The position numbers and the translations under genes are program-made. The notes under the pieces are model-generated. The model ran no database searches. It was not told where the DNA came from and saw nothing but the letters and a program-made list of their open reading frames with translations. A DNA stretch of 64,000 bases. Source: Octopus vulgaris. Taxonomy: Eukaryota. Positions 29,981 through 44,274 of the stretch are shown piece by piece. The DNA lies in assembly GCA_951406725.2 (NCBI GenBank), contig OX597833.1:46376001-46440000 (forward strand). Direction: 5' to 3'. Position 1 is the first letter of the stretch. The number at the start of each line of letters is the position of its first letter.

Positions 29981-30297
29981 TTGGGAATGTGTTTTTGTCA
30001 GATGGTAGTTACCTTCAACGCTACCTTCTAACATAAATAGTTGCGCACCCCCCCCCTATCACCACAATCACCACCACCACCACCACTACCTCTGCATTAT
30101 ACTCCTCGTTCATCATACCGTTACTTTCTACCGTATGTTCAACTTCACAGAGAAAAGAATTTCCAACAGATGGTCGTTCGCGTTTTATTCAGTGACATTT
30201 ATGAAGAACTGTTTCCTTATTATTCCATTTCTCCTTGGCATTCCACCAAAAAGTCAGACACCTGACACGCACCGAAGACATAAATAACAATATACTG

Positions 30298-30333
<36 letters not shown>

Positions 30334-30335
30334 CA

Positions 30336-30371
<36 letters not shown>

Positions 30372-30438
30372 TATATACATATATATACATATACATACAT
30401 ATATATATATATATACATACATACATACACACACACAC

Positions 30439-30469
<31 letters not shown>

Positions 30470-30554
30470 CATATATATACATATATATATATACATACAT
30501 ATATATATACACGCACAAACACATATATACATTATAGATATATACATGCATACA

Positions 30555-30605
<51 letters not shown>

Positions 30606-31003
30606 ATCAAAGTAGAATAGTATCAAAAATGCAAAGCATCCTCATACTGTAATCAATGTGATTTACACCCACGCACGCACCTGAGTACCTTCACAGCAAT
30701 ACAAAAATATACACTCTTGCAAGCATACAACCACATATTTTAAGATAAATATAGATGATCACGTGTGGGTGGGGTGCTTGTGTGGCTAAGAAGTTCGCTT
30801 CCCAACCACCTGGGTTTCGGGTTCAGACAAACTGCGTGGCCCCTAAAACAAGTGTCTTCTACAGGAGCGCGAGACTGACCGACGCGTTGTGAGTGGATTT
30901 GCTCGATGGAAAATTATATAAACAAACAAATCCTGTTGGGTATATGGAAGAATGTGTATATGTGTGAGTGGGGCGTGTATGACAGAGAACCCATTCTTCA
31001 CTG

Positions 31004-31270
31004 TGGAGGCGCATGGCTTAGTGGTTAGGACGCTGGATTCATGATCGTAAGATTGTGGTTTCGATTCTTGGACCGGGCAACTCGTTGTGTTCTTGAGCAA
31101 AACACTTCATTTCACGTTGCTCCAGTCTGCTCAGCTGGTGAAAATAAATAATCCTGCGACGGACCGGGATCTTGTCCAGGTGGCGAATATATGCGCCATG
31201 AAACCGAGACACTGTCCCTTATGAATCGTAATGACTCGAGAAGTTAACTTTACCTTTACCTTTACCTGTA
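31004..31270 (+). mobile_element. SINE related to family C, with (TTTACC)n tail
   Basis: tggaggcgcatggcttagtggttagg head, cctgcgacggacc..tccagg segment, and tttacc tail. Confidence 0.75.
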
Positions 31271-31981
31271 CCATTATTCAGTACTCTTCAATGACGAGCA
31301 GTGGACAACTCTTCGATTAAACAGACAGACAATCAGATAATGCTGGACACATTGGTCAAGTTTAGACACTTTTCCATGTTCTTGAAGGTGTTTCAAGAAG
31401 GTGAAGGTGATCGAAGCCTGACATGAATTGAGCTCTTTTGCTAATTCTTATGCAGTTTGCTTTGGAGTTTCCACAAATATGGTTTACAGAAAATCAATAT
31501 TGATAGAAACTTGGTCGTCCAAATTGAGGGGAATTTGTAAGAGAATTTTCACGAACGAAACTGGCGTTGGTGTTCCGGACACTTAAAGCTTCATTTAAAA
31601 TAAAAAGAATGGATATTTCCTGCTGCTTCTGTTGGTGAAGAGCCCGTTTTGAATTCATACAATATGCAGTGTTTGATATGGATCTGATCAAAATTCATTT
31701 TAAAAGGGTAAATGTCAATATAAATTTAACCATTCTACAAAGAAAGGGAGAAATATTATGTAAAAATTAATGCTTATTTTACCGTAATTATTGAAGAAGT
31801 ACCTTCAAAATGATAATGTCAAAAATGGCGACAGAACATTTTTCCCAACTTAACAGACACAGACACACACACAGGCACACACACACACACACGCACACGC
31901 GCACACACACGCAAGCACACGCACATACACACATATATGCATATATATGTATATCTATGCAGAGAGAGAAAGTAGCGATAC

Positions 31982-32074
<93 letters not shown>

Positions 32075-32077
<3 letters not shown>

Positions 32078-32238
32078 AATACAAAATGGGACAAGAACGC
32101 AAAACATCCGGACAGCTAGGATCACCTAGGAACAACAAAACATCCAGATAGACGATACAAAAAAAAAACACAAGGACCGGTCATTGGAAGCTTTCTATCC
32201 TCAGTCAAGAACCGGATCATCCTCGCAATTTCGGCTGA
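32075..32238 (-). mobile_element. Second copy of the 29615-29750 repeat, inside (GATA)n
   Basis: Reverse-complement homology. Confidence 0.6.
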
Positions 32239-32245
32239 GACAGAC

Positions 32246-32276
<31 letters not shown>

Positions 32277-32285
32277 TAGATAGGC

Positions 32286-32376
<91 letters not shown>

Positions 32377-32393
32377 TAGATAGACAGATAGAC

Positions 32394-32456
<63 letters not shown>

Positions 32457-32673
32457 GGAAGAGAGAGAGAGGGAGATATACACATATATATATACATGTG
32501 AGTGTGTGTGTGTGTAAAGCTTCAATCTCATGCAAGTGGAGTAGAGTAGAAAGTAGAAAAAAAATCAGGTTAATAGCGTAACATAACATAACAGAGGAAA
32601 AGTTAGAAGTAAAATAATATGAATGAAGAATGGCTTGATTTGAAACTGGAAGAGGTGGAGGGAGTCAGGAGAC

Positions 32674-32754
<81 letters not shown>

Positions 32755-32932
32755 TGGCGGTTGGCCATAGAATGTGTCTTCTAGTATGAAGAATGTTTCT
32801 AATAAACAGTTGTCACGTGATTCTGTTCAGCTTCATTCTGTTGTTGCGCCGGAGACTTGCGTGGGCGCGCGACGCGAATGTGTGTACGAGGACGTATGTG
32901 CGTGTACTGGAAAAGTGGAGCGTTGAAGGAAA

Positions 32933-33013
<81 letters not shown>

Positions 33014-33016
33014 GAA

Positions 33017-33047
<31 letters not shown>

Positions 33048-33354
33048 GTGATTAAATGATGATGACATTTGGTGTTAAATGTTGGTAAATTCCGACAGGA
33101 GATAGAATTTAGGAAGCGGGAGAATTGAAAATAAGGAATTAAATAAGTCACTGCTGCTTCATATAACTAAGTACGTGGAGTCGAATGATGTAAATATTTT
33201 CCTTGAGACATCATGTGTGTGTGTGTATATATATATATGCATGTATGTATAGTGAGGCTGAAGCTGGAACCATGTGGCTGGGAAGCAAACACAACAACAA
33301 ACATACACACACACACATATATGTGTATGTATGTTTGTGCGGATATATATATAT

Positions 33355-33431
<77 letters not shown>

Positions 33432-33434
33432 GAG

Positions 33435-33620
33435 ATAGATCGTTACCCATTACACACATTTTTTTCTCTCCTTGTTTTCTGTGTCCGTTTCTGTAGAAGA
33501 GCGTAGGCTCGAAACGTAAAAGACTTTTTCTATTCCTGAGCGTTATACTAATACATCTGTTTGTTTTGTACACCACCTGTCTTCGTCTTTTGTTGTTTGT
33601 TTTCGTAAACTTTCCCTATA
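33435..33620 (+). mobile_element. PLE-like element (family H2)
   Basis: Reverse complement of 2391-2570. Confidence 0.8.
33488..33522 (+). ncRNA. Minimal hammerhead motif with non-canonical A6U core
   Basis: UUU-CUGUAGA-A-GAGC-GUAG-GCUC-GAAACGUA-AAA. Confidence 0.6.
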
Positions 33621-33725
33621 AATATATATATATATATATGTAGGTCCCGGGTTGATTCGGGGTTAACCACAGTAAATAAGGTACTCAATACATAGCAGAG
33701 TAAAATTAATTTATTATATAGAAGG

Positions 33726-33776
33726 AGCTTCTACAGGACTAGAACTGTTTCATTCAAGAGAAATCTTCAGGAAGCT
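33726..33776 (-). ncRNA. Type I hammerhead ribozyme motif within a TA-flanked PLE-like element (about 33640-33890)
   Basis: Stem I AGCUUC/GAAGCU (6 bp), core CUGAAGA, stem II UUUC-UCUU-GAAU, GAA, stem III ACAG-UUCUAGUC-CUGU. Predicted cleavage after GUA. Confidence 0.75.
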
Positions 33777-34009
33777 AGTTAACAAGAATTGTATTGGCAT
33801 TTATACATTTAGGCAGGTTTATAGGGGTGGTGGTGGGGGACTTTTTGGGGGTAGGCATAGCGCAAAAAAATCATACTTGGGGGAGTGGTCAAGGAGTCAG
33901 TGGTAAATTAGATAGAAGAATAAATAAAAGAATAAAAATATAAGAATAAAAAAAGAATAAAATACAAAAATATATAGAAGAATAGAGTTTTAGGTAAATA
34001 AGGAAATTC

Positions 34010-34054
34010 TCAACACACACACATATACATACACACATACATACACACACACCC

Positions 34055-34085
<31 letters not shown>

Positions 34086-34406
34086 TATACATACATATAT
34101 CTACATATATATATATATATGCACATATACATATACATATAATACATACACATATACATGCATATACATATACACACACACATGTATATATACACACACA
34201 CGACCACACATACACATACACACAAAAAAATATATACATACACACACATACACATACACACATACACACACATATCCACATACACACATGCACACACAAC
34301 ACACAAGTCCCTATATACTCATATATACATATACACATATATGTATGTATACACACACACATACATATATATACACACATATACATATACATACACATAT
34401 ACACAT

Positions 34407-34453
<47 letters not shown>

Positions 34454-34632
34454 CACATATATACATATATATACATATATACATATATATATATACACAT
34501 ATCCGCATACATACATACATACATACACCCATACATACATATATACACACATACACACACCCACACGTATACATATACATACATATACGCGCATGCATAC
34601 ACATACAAATACATACACATACACATATACAT

Positions 34633-34663
<31 letters not shown>

Positions 34664-34752
34664 CACATACATACATATACATACATACATATACATATAT
34701 ACACACACACATACATACACATATACACATACACGCACATACACATATACAT

Positions 34753-34815
<63 letters not shown>

Positions 34816-34884
34816 CATACACACATACACATACACACATACACATATGTACACATACACACACATATTCACATATATATATGT

Positions 34885-34926
<42 letters not shown>

Positions 34927-34941
34927 GTATATATATGTATG

Positions 34942-34975
<34 letters not shown>

Positions 34976-35002
34976 TGTATGTATATATGTATGTATGTGT
35001 GC
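34010..35002. repeat. About 1 kb degenerate (CA/TA/CATA) microsatellite
   Basis: Read directly. It is the source of the 371 aa and 282 aa spurious ORFs. Confidence 0.95.
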
Positions 35003-35346
35003 ATAGTTTGAGAGAATGGTTAAGAAGTTCGTTTCGCGACCATGCAGTCCAAGATTCAATCCCGCTGTGTTGCATTGTATCATAGCTGGAATTATAGTTA
35101 TCTACGTTTATTATAACCTCGATATGACTCGAGCCTTGTGAGTGATTTTCGTTAGACGGAAATTGTGTAAGAGCACGACCATATCAGATCAAATGTATCC
35201 GTGGACTGTATCAGACCAACAACTAGTATGACCGTGTCATTTCGAAGGATATGCATTTGTGTTCGAGGGACAGTAAAATCTACAAAATACCCGATGCGCT
35301 AAAGGAAACGCATACTATTAAAATACTCAGGAATGACAATTTAATA

Positions 35347-35896
35347 CCGTCGACTGCCACTAACCCGGCAACCTGTAATCCAACAAAATCAGTAACCCGG
35401 CAATAATTTCAGCTAGAAAAATTTCAAATAATTTCAAATTTTCCGGGTCGCTGCATCAACCGACTGCTACGATTTCGTGGCGCTAGTTGCAGCATAAACG
35501 CATTCGCATCATTTGTAAACAAAGGCAAGTCTTTCCACTTTTTATTTTTTCATTTATTATTATACCTTTTTCTCTTTTAGCCCCAGCCATGCTTCCAATG
35601 GACAAAGGAAGTGCTCCTCGTGGCGTAAAGCGTAAACAACGTACATTGTCCATAAAAGATAAAAGTTGAATTGTGAAAAACACTTGACAAGTGGTGTGTC
35701 TGTGAAAAGATTGCGTCAATTATACAACGTTGGATCTTCGGCAGTTTACGACACAAAAACAAAAACAAAAGGCAGAAAGAGCAGTTCCTCCGATTCTTTG
35801 CTAACACTGAATGAAAGAAACAATCGATAATCCGGCAAAATCACTAATACGGCCCCCTCCAGTTCCCAACGATGCCGGATAATCGGCAGTTAACTA
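35347..35896 (+). mobile_element. Tigger/pogo-family internally deleted DNA transposon
   Basis: Frameshifted KRKQRTLSIKDK-VEL..SGVSVKRLRQLYNVGSSAVYD resembles the CENP-B/Jerky HTH_psq domain. Imperfect TIRs are ta-ccgtcgactgcc..ccggca and tgccgg..ggcagttaacta-ta. Confidence 0.75.
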
Positions 35897-35902
35897 TATA
35901 TA

Positions 35903-36298
35903 CTTTTCTACTCTAGGCACAAGACCCGAAATTTTGGGGTATGGGGCCAGTCGATTACAGTGACCCCAGTATGCAACTGGTACTTAATTTATCGACCCCG
36001 AAAGGATGAAAGGCAAAGTCGACCTCGGCGGAATTTGAACTCAGAACGTAGCGGCAGACGATATACATATTTCTTTACTACCCACAAGGGGATAACACAG
36101 AAGGGACAAACAAGGACAGACAAATGGATTAAGTCGATTACATCGACCCCATTGTGTAACTGGTACTTAATTTATCGACCCCGAAAGGATGAAAGGCAAA
36201 GTCGACCTCGGTGGAATTTGAACTCAGAACGTAACGGTAGACGAAATACCACTAAGCATTTCGCCCGACGTGCTAACGTTTCTGCCAGCTCACCGCCT
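35903..36298 (-). mobile_element. SINE family B dimer with 20 bp TSD
   Basis: TSD tcggcagttaactatatata occurs at 35883-35902 and 36299-36318, duplicating the Tigger TIR end. Confidence 0.92.
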
Positions 36299-37843
36299 TC
36301 GGCAGTTAACTATATATAAATACATCATAATGTCATGCTCTGGTTGATCAGATCATGTCTGTGGTTTGCAACAGGTTGTCTCATAGAAACTCCGAATTGT
36401 CGTCTGTCATGGTTGTCTGTGTCTTCCTCCTTATCGCTGGCCATGCTTAATATTTCTTTGAGGTTGTGTTAGGCAGAGTGCTCTTTAGATAAATCTATAA
36501 TTTGAGACTTAGTCCTAAATATTTAAAGAAAATAACATTTCCTGTATGAAAGTTGTATGTTTACAAACTTGGAAATTATTTGAAGAAGCCTGAAATTTCT
36601 GTTATATTGAAATGAAATGTTGGGTAATAACACAAGCGGCTGAAAAGGTATTTCTCCGAAATATCTCTGGAATCTTTATACGTCAAGCCACTACCTCTCC
36701 TCATTAAGGGGTCACACCTTCGGTACTACAGATATGTGATAAGAAAGTTGCAGAAAAGAATCGTACGGCGGATTCTTTAGGCCGAGCCAGCTGACAAGAG
36801 ACCTAGGAGTAGATCAGATTCCCAGCTGGCCACACTTGAGAATCCAGCCTGAAGAGGACGGAGAAAATGGATGGATAAATGGATCAGAATATAGAAATAC
36901 TTCATATTATAAAAGAACATTGGTGAAATGTTCCAGTCAAAAATTCTGTAAAATGTGAGGATAAGAGAGCAAGAAGACATAGTGATCTTGGAGAGCAACA
37001 AAAAAAAAACAGAAGAAATCAGTAGACCAGTAGACGAGGAAAAACGAGAACCATTTTTGCTGAAAACATGACATACTTATCCATAATATGAAAGAACACT
37101 AGTGCAATTTTCCAACCAAAATCTATGTAAAATTTAAGCATAAGGGAGCAGGCATAGTGATTTGAGACAGAGAATATAGAAGAAATCAGTAGTTCTGTAG
37201 ACGAAGGAAAAAGGGGAACATATAAGCTGAATGAATGAGAAAACTGCAGATGCAGTATTCGGGTTGTAACTTGAGATTTACAGCTAAGATTAATGAAACA
37301 CTTGGTTATGTAATTAACTGGTTATTTAACTACTGGTTATATTACAAATTAGAAAAGATAAGTTAATTAGAACATGCGAATTAAGAACAATGGAAGTGAG
37401 AAAACATTTTTAAAATCCCAGAAGTTTAGGCTGTAATTTGTACACGCACCGACCCAAGGACATACTAAGACTGTGCAGCTTTTTTCTTTTACTATTTTAC
37501 TTGTTTCAGTCATTGGACTGCGACCATGCTGAAGCTTTGAAGTGTTTAATCGAACAAATCGACTCTAGTGCTGTTTTTTTTAATTTTAAGTTTGGTACTT
37601 ATTCTATCGATCTTTTAACCGAACTGCTAAGTTATGAAAGCGTAAACAAACCAACTCTGGTTGGCAAGCAGTGTGAGAGAGGGGCTACAAACACAAACAC
37701 GCAGACACATATACATACACACATATACATACATACATACATACACACACATACGTACGTACATACATACATACATACATACATACATACATGCGTACAT
37801 ACATTCACACATACATACATACATACATACATACATACATACA

Positions 37844-37877
<34 letters not shown>

Positions 37878-38172
37878 CATATATACATACATACATACAT
37901 ACATATATATATATACATACATAATACATACATACGTACGTACATACATACATACATACATACATACATACATGCGTACATACATACACACATACATACA
38001 TACATACATATATACATACATATACACATACATACATACATATATATACATACATAATATATACATACGTACGTACGTACATACATGCATACATACATAC
38101 ATTCTTAATACATACATACATACGTACATACATGCATACATACATACATACATACATACATACATACATACA

Positions 38173-38204
<32 letters not shown>

Positions 38205-38469
38205 CGCTAAAAAGTTCCTGGCTTTAATGGTATGGCGAAAGGCCTGGGCGAAAGGCCTGGGCGAAAGGCCTGGGCGAAAGGCCTGGGCGAAAGGCCTGGG
38301 CGGAAGCCCAACTTTCCGAGTTCTTTTAGAGAGCTCAGAAAAATTGAAGAACCGCTGCAATAAGTGAGTGAGTGGATCTGATAAGGGAATATGTTGAATA
38401 AAATCATAATTAACTGATCTTTCTGTATTTTCTTTTCCCCAAAGCCAGGAATCTTTCAGCACTCCCTTG
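38205..38469 (+). mobile_element. Mariner (irritans-like) MITE with an internal 13-mer tandem repeat
   Basis: TIR cores gctaaaaagttcctggcttt and aaagccaggaatctttcagcactcccttg-ta. Remnant EKLKNRCNK..VDLIREYVE* resembles a mariner C-terminus. Confidence 0.7.
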
Positions 38470-38631
38470 TATATCCCCAAGTGGCCATGCCACGCTGTGG
38501 AACTGAGCCCGAAACCAGATTGTTGCAAGGCAAACTTACTGACCAAGGCCGTTGTCCTGTGACTGAAAAATGTATAAGATAAAGGATTAAAAGAAAAGAG
38601 TTTAGACAACCGGAATGATTGTCGAAAAATA

Positions 38632-39197
38632 TTGGGTTGTCCAGAAAGTTCGTGCCGATTTATAGTAGTTTACCTTTCGACTTATTTTAGAACATGATTG
38701 AGTCAATAAAATAGGATTTGACTGCACCTCCATTTAGAGCACAGTTTAAGCTATCTTTTCTTGGAAGAAGGTTTATGTTCCTATAACCTGTGTTAATTCT
38801 GTAACCCTTTAAAATGGAAGATAAGAAAGTTCGTTTTCAGCACCTCATGCTTTGGAAATCAGACAAAAATTGCTGCAGCTCGGCTGGGATGTGTCACCCC
38901 ACCCTCCATATTCACCAGATATTGCTCCTTCGGATTTCCACTTATTCAGGTCTCTGCAGAATAGTCTTAATGGTAAAAATTTCAATTCCTAGGATGACGT
39001 AAAAAGATACGTTGATGAATTCTTTTGCCATGAAGCCACCTCAGTTCTGGGAAGAGGGTATTTTCAAGTTAAGGGAATGATGGAGACGCTTGTGCAACAA
39101 AATGGTTCATATTTGGTTGATTATAAATGTAATGGCAAGTATTTATTGACCTTTTTCTTTCCTTTAAAAATCGGCATGAACTTTCCGGACAACCCAA
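38632..39197 (+). mobile_element. Internally deleted mariner (mellifera-like), 566 bp, TA TSD
   Basis: TIRs ttgggttgtccagaaagttcgtgccgattt and aaatcggcatgaactttccggacaacccaa. The N-terminus MEDKKVRFQHLMLW is fused to LGWDVSPHPPYSPDIAPSDFHLFRSLQNSL...VQQNGSYLVD. Confidence 0.93.
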
Positions 39198-39809
39198 TAC
39201 TTTATGCTAGTTGTTATAGTTTCTCTCTAAAGATTCTTCTAAATGGCTGCTTTCGACTCACGCATGCAACAACATGTATACATACGTAGATGTGCAGATG
39301 CATTCATATGAATAAGACTACCTTGTTCATATTGTGTAAATTCCATTGAAAAAGTTTTGTTCCTTCCAGGTTAGAAACTGGCCCTTTCTCTATTTTCATT
39401 TTCATTTATCTGTTGCTTCAGTCATTGGACTACGGAAAAACTGGAGCACCACACTGAAGGATTTTAGTCAAACAAATGGATCCCTGTACGGAACGCCCTT
39501 GAATGCCTCTAATTTCTGCAGAAGTGACCTTAGAATAAGTACAGAAATGGGATTTTTTAATGCTTATTCAATGTCTTTGTACTTATAAGGACATATTGAT
39601 TAAGTACGTAATGCTTATTCAGTAGGTTTTGTCTTTTTCTTTTTTTCTTTTATTTGTATTTATTTATTTATTTTTGCTGAACCGCTAACTTCAAGGGATA
39701 TAAACCAGCTGACACCGGTTATCAAGCACGCATAAAAACTCAAACACATCAGGGTTAATGTGTGAGTATGTTTATCAAGCGGCAGGGGAAAACAAACAGA
39801 CACAAAGAA

Positions 39810-39856
<47 letters not shown>

Positions 39857-40240
39857 CTCTCACTCACACACACACACACACACATACATGCACATACACA
39901 ACCACACATGCACATATACACATACACACAAATCAGTACGTCTGTGTGCGTGTGTATACGATAGGCTTCCATACAGTTTCCGTCTACCAAATCCACTCAC
40001 AAGGCATTGATCGATCGGTCGCTTACAGTGGAAGACAGTTGTTTAAGGTACGGCGCAGCAGAATCGAACCCATAACAACGTTAGGAATGTTCGAAAAACA
40101 AAAATCCAGAACACACGTAATTGCGTAGACATTCTGGGGAAAGAATTCGTTTATGTTCGCCAAACAGATACAAAAACAACATTGCGATGGAAAATAAATC
40201 TGGTGCGAGACAAGATGAGATGATGGGGAAAGAGGGGAAG

Positions 40241-40283
<43 letters not shown>

Positions 40284-40648
40284 CGGAGAAACAGAGGGAG
40301 ATGGGGAAAAGGAAGAGAGACAGAGAGACAGAGAGAGAGAGAGACGGAATGAAAGATGACATACTTAGAGAGGTACAGAGATAGAGTTTATGAGTTTGTG
40401 TTTGGATGTGTAAGTGTGTGTGTGTGTACGTTGTGTGTGTGTGTGTGTGTGTACGTTTGTGTGTGTGTATGTACGTTTGTGTCTGTGTGTGTGTGTGTGT
40501 GCGCGTATGTACGCGTGTCTGCCAGAGTGCGTGATTGCATGTGCGTGTGTGCGTGCGTACGTGTATGTGTAGGTATGCATGTGTAAGTGGATGTGTGTGT
40601 GAGCATGTATGTGTGTGAGTGTATGTATGTGTGTGAGAGAGAGAGTGA

Positions 40649-40679
<31 letters not shown>

Positions 40680-41103
40680 TCTGTCTGTCTGTCTGTGTGT
40701 CTGTGTGTCTGTGGTGGGGTGGATGGATGAATGGGGTGTTTGGGTGTACGCAGGGTGCGAATGAGCGCGTGTCTGTGAATGTACGTAGTTTTTGTGTGTG
40801 CGTGTGTATGTATGTGCGTATCTCTGTATCTGTGTGTGTGTGTGTGTGTTTGCATACGCGTGTCTGCGCGAGTCGTTTCGTATGTGAGTATATGAGTATT
40901 TATGTGTGCGTATGTTTGTGCGTGCGTGAATGTGTATTGCTTGTGTGTGGGTGTGCGTGTATGTGCGAGAGTTGGGTGAGGATGTCGCTTCGTTTCTCCA
41001 TGTGTGTGCGTATCCTGATCGTGTACATGTCTGCGTTGTATGCATACGTACGTGTGTGAGTGTGTATAAGTGTGATGGTATATGTATGCGTGTGCCTCTC
41101 TGT

Positions 41104-41188
<85 letters not shown>

Positions 41189-41195
41189 TCTGTGT

Positions 41196-41277
<82 letters not shown>

Positions 41278-41379
41278 AGAGAGAAAACCCAAAATAGCGC
41301 TGTCAGCTGTTGTGATTTGACAAGAATCGTTTTCTGATGTTCAGGGAAATGTTGGAACGGTATTTACATGGCGAGAACT

Positions 41380-41586
41380 TCATGGTGAGTGGTAAATGGT
41401 GGTGGTGGTGTGGTGGTGGTGATGATGATGGAGAGACCTATGGTAGTGGTGGTGGTGATGGTCGTCGTGAGTGGCATAGGGGTTGGGGTGGTTGTTAGTT
41501 GTAGTGACAGTAGTAGTGGTTGCGGAGGTTGTGTGGTGGTGGTGTTTGCTATGGTGTTGGTGATGGTAGTTGTAGTGGAATTCATG

Positions 41587-41618
<32 letters not shown>

Positions 41619-42120
41619 GGTGGAGGCGGTTTTTGTTGTTGTGGTGGTGGTGGTAACGGTGGTTGTTGTTGTGATGGTTGCGTGATTGTGGTATGTGCTG
41701 TGGTTGCAGTGGTGGTGGTTGTGGTGGGGGTGGTGGTGATGGTGGTGGTGTGGTAGTTGCTATAGTGGCAGTGATGGTAGTACTGGTGGTGTTTGCGGCG
41801 GTGGCGGCGGTGGTGGTAGTGGTGGTGGTAGTGGTGGTGGTAGTGGTGGTGGTGGTGGTGGTGGTGGTGGTGGTGGTGGTGGTAGTGGTGGTGGTGGTAG
41901 TGGTGGTGGTGGTGGTAGTGGTGGTGGTGGTGGTGGTGGTAGTGGTGGTGGTAGTGGTGGTGGTAGTGGTGGTGGTGGTGGTAGTGGTGGTGGTGGTGGT
42001 GGTGGTGGTGTTGGTGGTAGTGGTGGTGGTGGTGGTGGTGGCGGCGGCGGTGGTGGTGGTGGTGGTGGTGGCGGCGGCGGTGGTGTTGATGTTTGTGGTG
42101 GCGGCAGTTACTGTTGTGAG
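41380..42120. repeat. (GGT/GTA/GTT)n trinucleotide tract
   Basis: Read directly. The poly-T and poly-V ORFs are artefacts. Confidence 0.9.
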
Positions 42121-42215
42121 ATTACTGAAGATGGTATTGGTTCGGTGGTATTTGTGGATTACGAGGAAAAGGTCGTTGTGAATAATTGAAATATCATCGA
42201 GAGTGAGGTAATGAT

Positions 42216-42266
<51 letters not shown>

Positions 42267-42269
42267 GTA

Positions 42270-42490
42270 ATAAAAATGGGTTCAAATTTCGGCTCAAGGC
42301 CAGCAATTTTAGAGGAGATGGCAAGTCGATTACATCGATTCGAGCACTTGACTGGTACTTTATTTCATCGATTTCGAAAGATGAAAAGCAAAGTCGACCT
42401 CAGCGGAATTTGAACTCAGAATGTAAGGAGCCGGAAGAGTTACGACTTAGCATTTTGTCTGATATGCTAACGATTTTGCCAGTTCGCTGT
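42270..42490 (-). mobile_element. Diverged monomeric SINE family B
   Basis: Reverse complement matches the family B head, body and tail type 2. Confidence 0.75.
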
Positions 42491-42963
42491 CTTAAGAATA
42501 ATCGTTCTTTTCAGAGTTTTCTTATTCCATTTCTAGGCGAGACTGGCCATTCCACTTGTAATCTCGTTCCAGTTCCTGTTTACCTGGAACTCTGTATTAA
42601 ACCAAGATATCAAGCAACTTAACTGTGCTACTGGTCCAATGCCCTACAACGCTTTTCCGGCTAAGCTTGCATCACCAGGTGTTGCGTCCACCAACTTAAC
42701 CGGGTTAATTTTTGTACCTGTTACTGTTGGTCCATGGAACCAACGATTTCGACCTCTATGGTGTCCAACACTTCTACGAACGACTCCGTCCGCATATGCC
42801 GACACAGTTTTTCTACGCCTGACATCGAATGGAACGCCTTCGAATAGCTCTAGTTTCAGCTGCAATGACCTGAAAGTAAATACAAAAGAGATGAGAGAGG
42901 GCACTCTTGACGACCAAGTATATGATTCGAAACACTTCCGACAAATGGGTATTTAGTCTGACC

Positions 42964-43186
42964 GGCGAGCTGGCAGAAACGTTAACACGCCGGGCGAAAT
43001 GCGTAGCCGTATTTTGTCTGCCGTTACGTTCTGAGTTCAAATTCCGCCAAGGTCGACTTTGCCTTTCATCCTTTCGGGGTCGATAAATTAAGTACCAGTT
43101 ATGCACTGGGGTCGATCTAATCGACTTAATCCGTTTGTCTGTACTTGTTTGTCCCCTCTGTGTTTAGCCCCTTGTGGGTAGTAAAG
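42964..43186 (+). mobile_element. SINE family B monomer with 21 bp TSD
   Basis: TSD aaatgggtatttagtctgacc at 42943-42963 and 43187-43207. Confidence 0.92.
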
Positions 43187-43660
43187 AAATGGGTATTTAG
43201 TCTGACCACCGAGCAGTTGGTTCTGTACACAAAAGCGATCCAAGCTCTGTAAATGAGGCTGAAATCACCTGTACTAAGGACAACTTCTTTTGTTTCCAGC
43301 TGATCAGAAGTCCCATCGAAACCTGGACTTCTACAAATCCTCTCTACGATGATTCACATGAGATGGATATTATGGACGGATCTAGTCATGATGGTTACGC
43401 GTCGACGCTTTCTGATCCCACTACCGAACAATAAGCACCAACCTTTTTGCTGGTACCTTAACGAAAACCTTAAACTCTGAATAGAGCAGAATTAAGGACT
43501 GGAAATAATTGATAATGAGCCCTTGCACGAGTCTTGCCTCAATCCCTCGGCTCACAAAACTGAGGTCAGTTACAATGGACAAGTTTGGTATGGCATGTAA
43601 CCGTAGAATTTGTAGGATAGATTGCCTAAATCAGGAGATGTGCGGAGCACAGAGTCACTT

Positions 43661-44274
43661 GGAGGCACATGGCCTAGTGGTTAGAGCAGCGGACTCGCGG
43701 TCGAGGGATCGAGGGTTCGAATCTCAGACCGGGCGAAGTGTGTGTTTATGAGAAAAACACCTGAGCTCCACGCAGCTCCAGCAGAAGGTAATGGCGAAAC
43801 TTCTGCTGACTCTTTCGCCACAACTTTCTCTCACTCTTTCCTCTTGCATCTTGCAGCTCACCTGCGACGGACCGGCGTCCCGTCCAGGTGGGGAACCTAT
43901 ACGCCAAGGAAACCGGGAAACCGGCCCTTATGAGCCAGGCATGGCTCGGGAAGGAACAAAGAAAAAAAAACCCTCATGATTAGTGGAGGCACATGGCCTA
44001 GTGGTTAGAGCAGCGGACTCGCGGTCGTGGGATCGTGGGTCGATTCTCAGACCGGGCGATGTGTGTGTTTATGAGCGAAACACCTAAGCTCCACGCGGCT
44101 CCGGCAGAAGGTAATGGCGAAACTTCTGCGGACTCTTTCGCCACAACTTTCTCTCACTCTTTCCTCCTGCATCTTGCAGTTCACCGGCGTCCCGTCCAGG
44201 TGGGGAACCTATACGCCAATAAACCGGGAAACCGGCCCTTATGAGCCAAGCGTGGCTCGTGAAGGAACAAACAA
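43661..44274 (+). mobile_element. Head-to-tail pair of family C SINEs sharing one 13 bp TSD
   Basis: Copies at 43661-43960 and about 43984-44274. cacagagtcactt occurs at 43648-43660 and 44275-44287. Confidence 0.88.

Noticed and set aside
41800-42085. (GGT)n tract as a G-quadruplex or mucin-like exon
   Set aside because: An ordinary trinucleotide microsatellite with only two-G runs and no splice or coding evidence.
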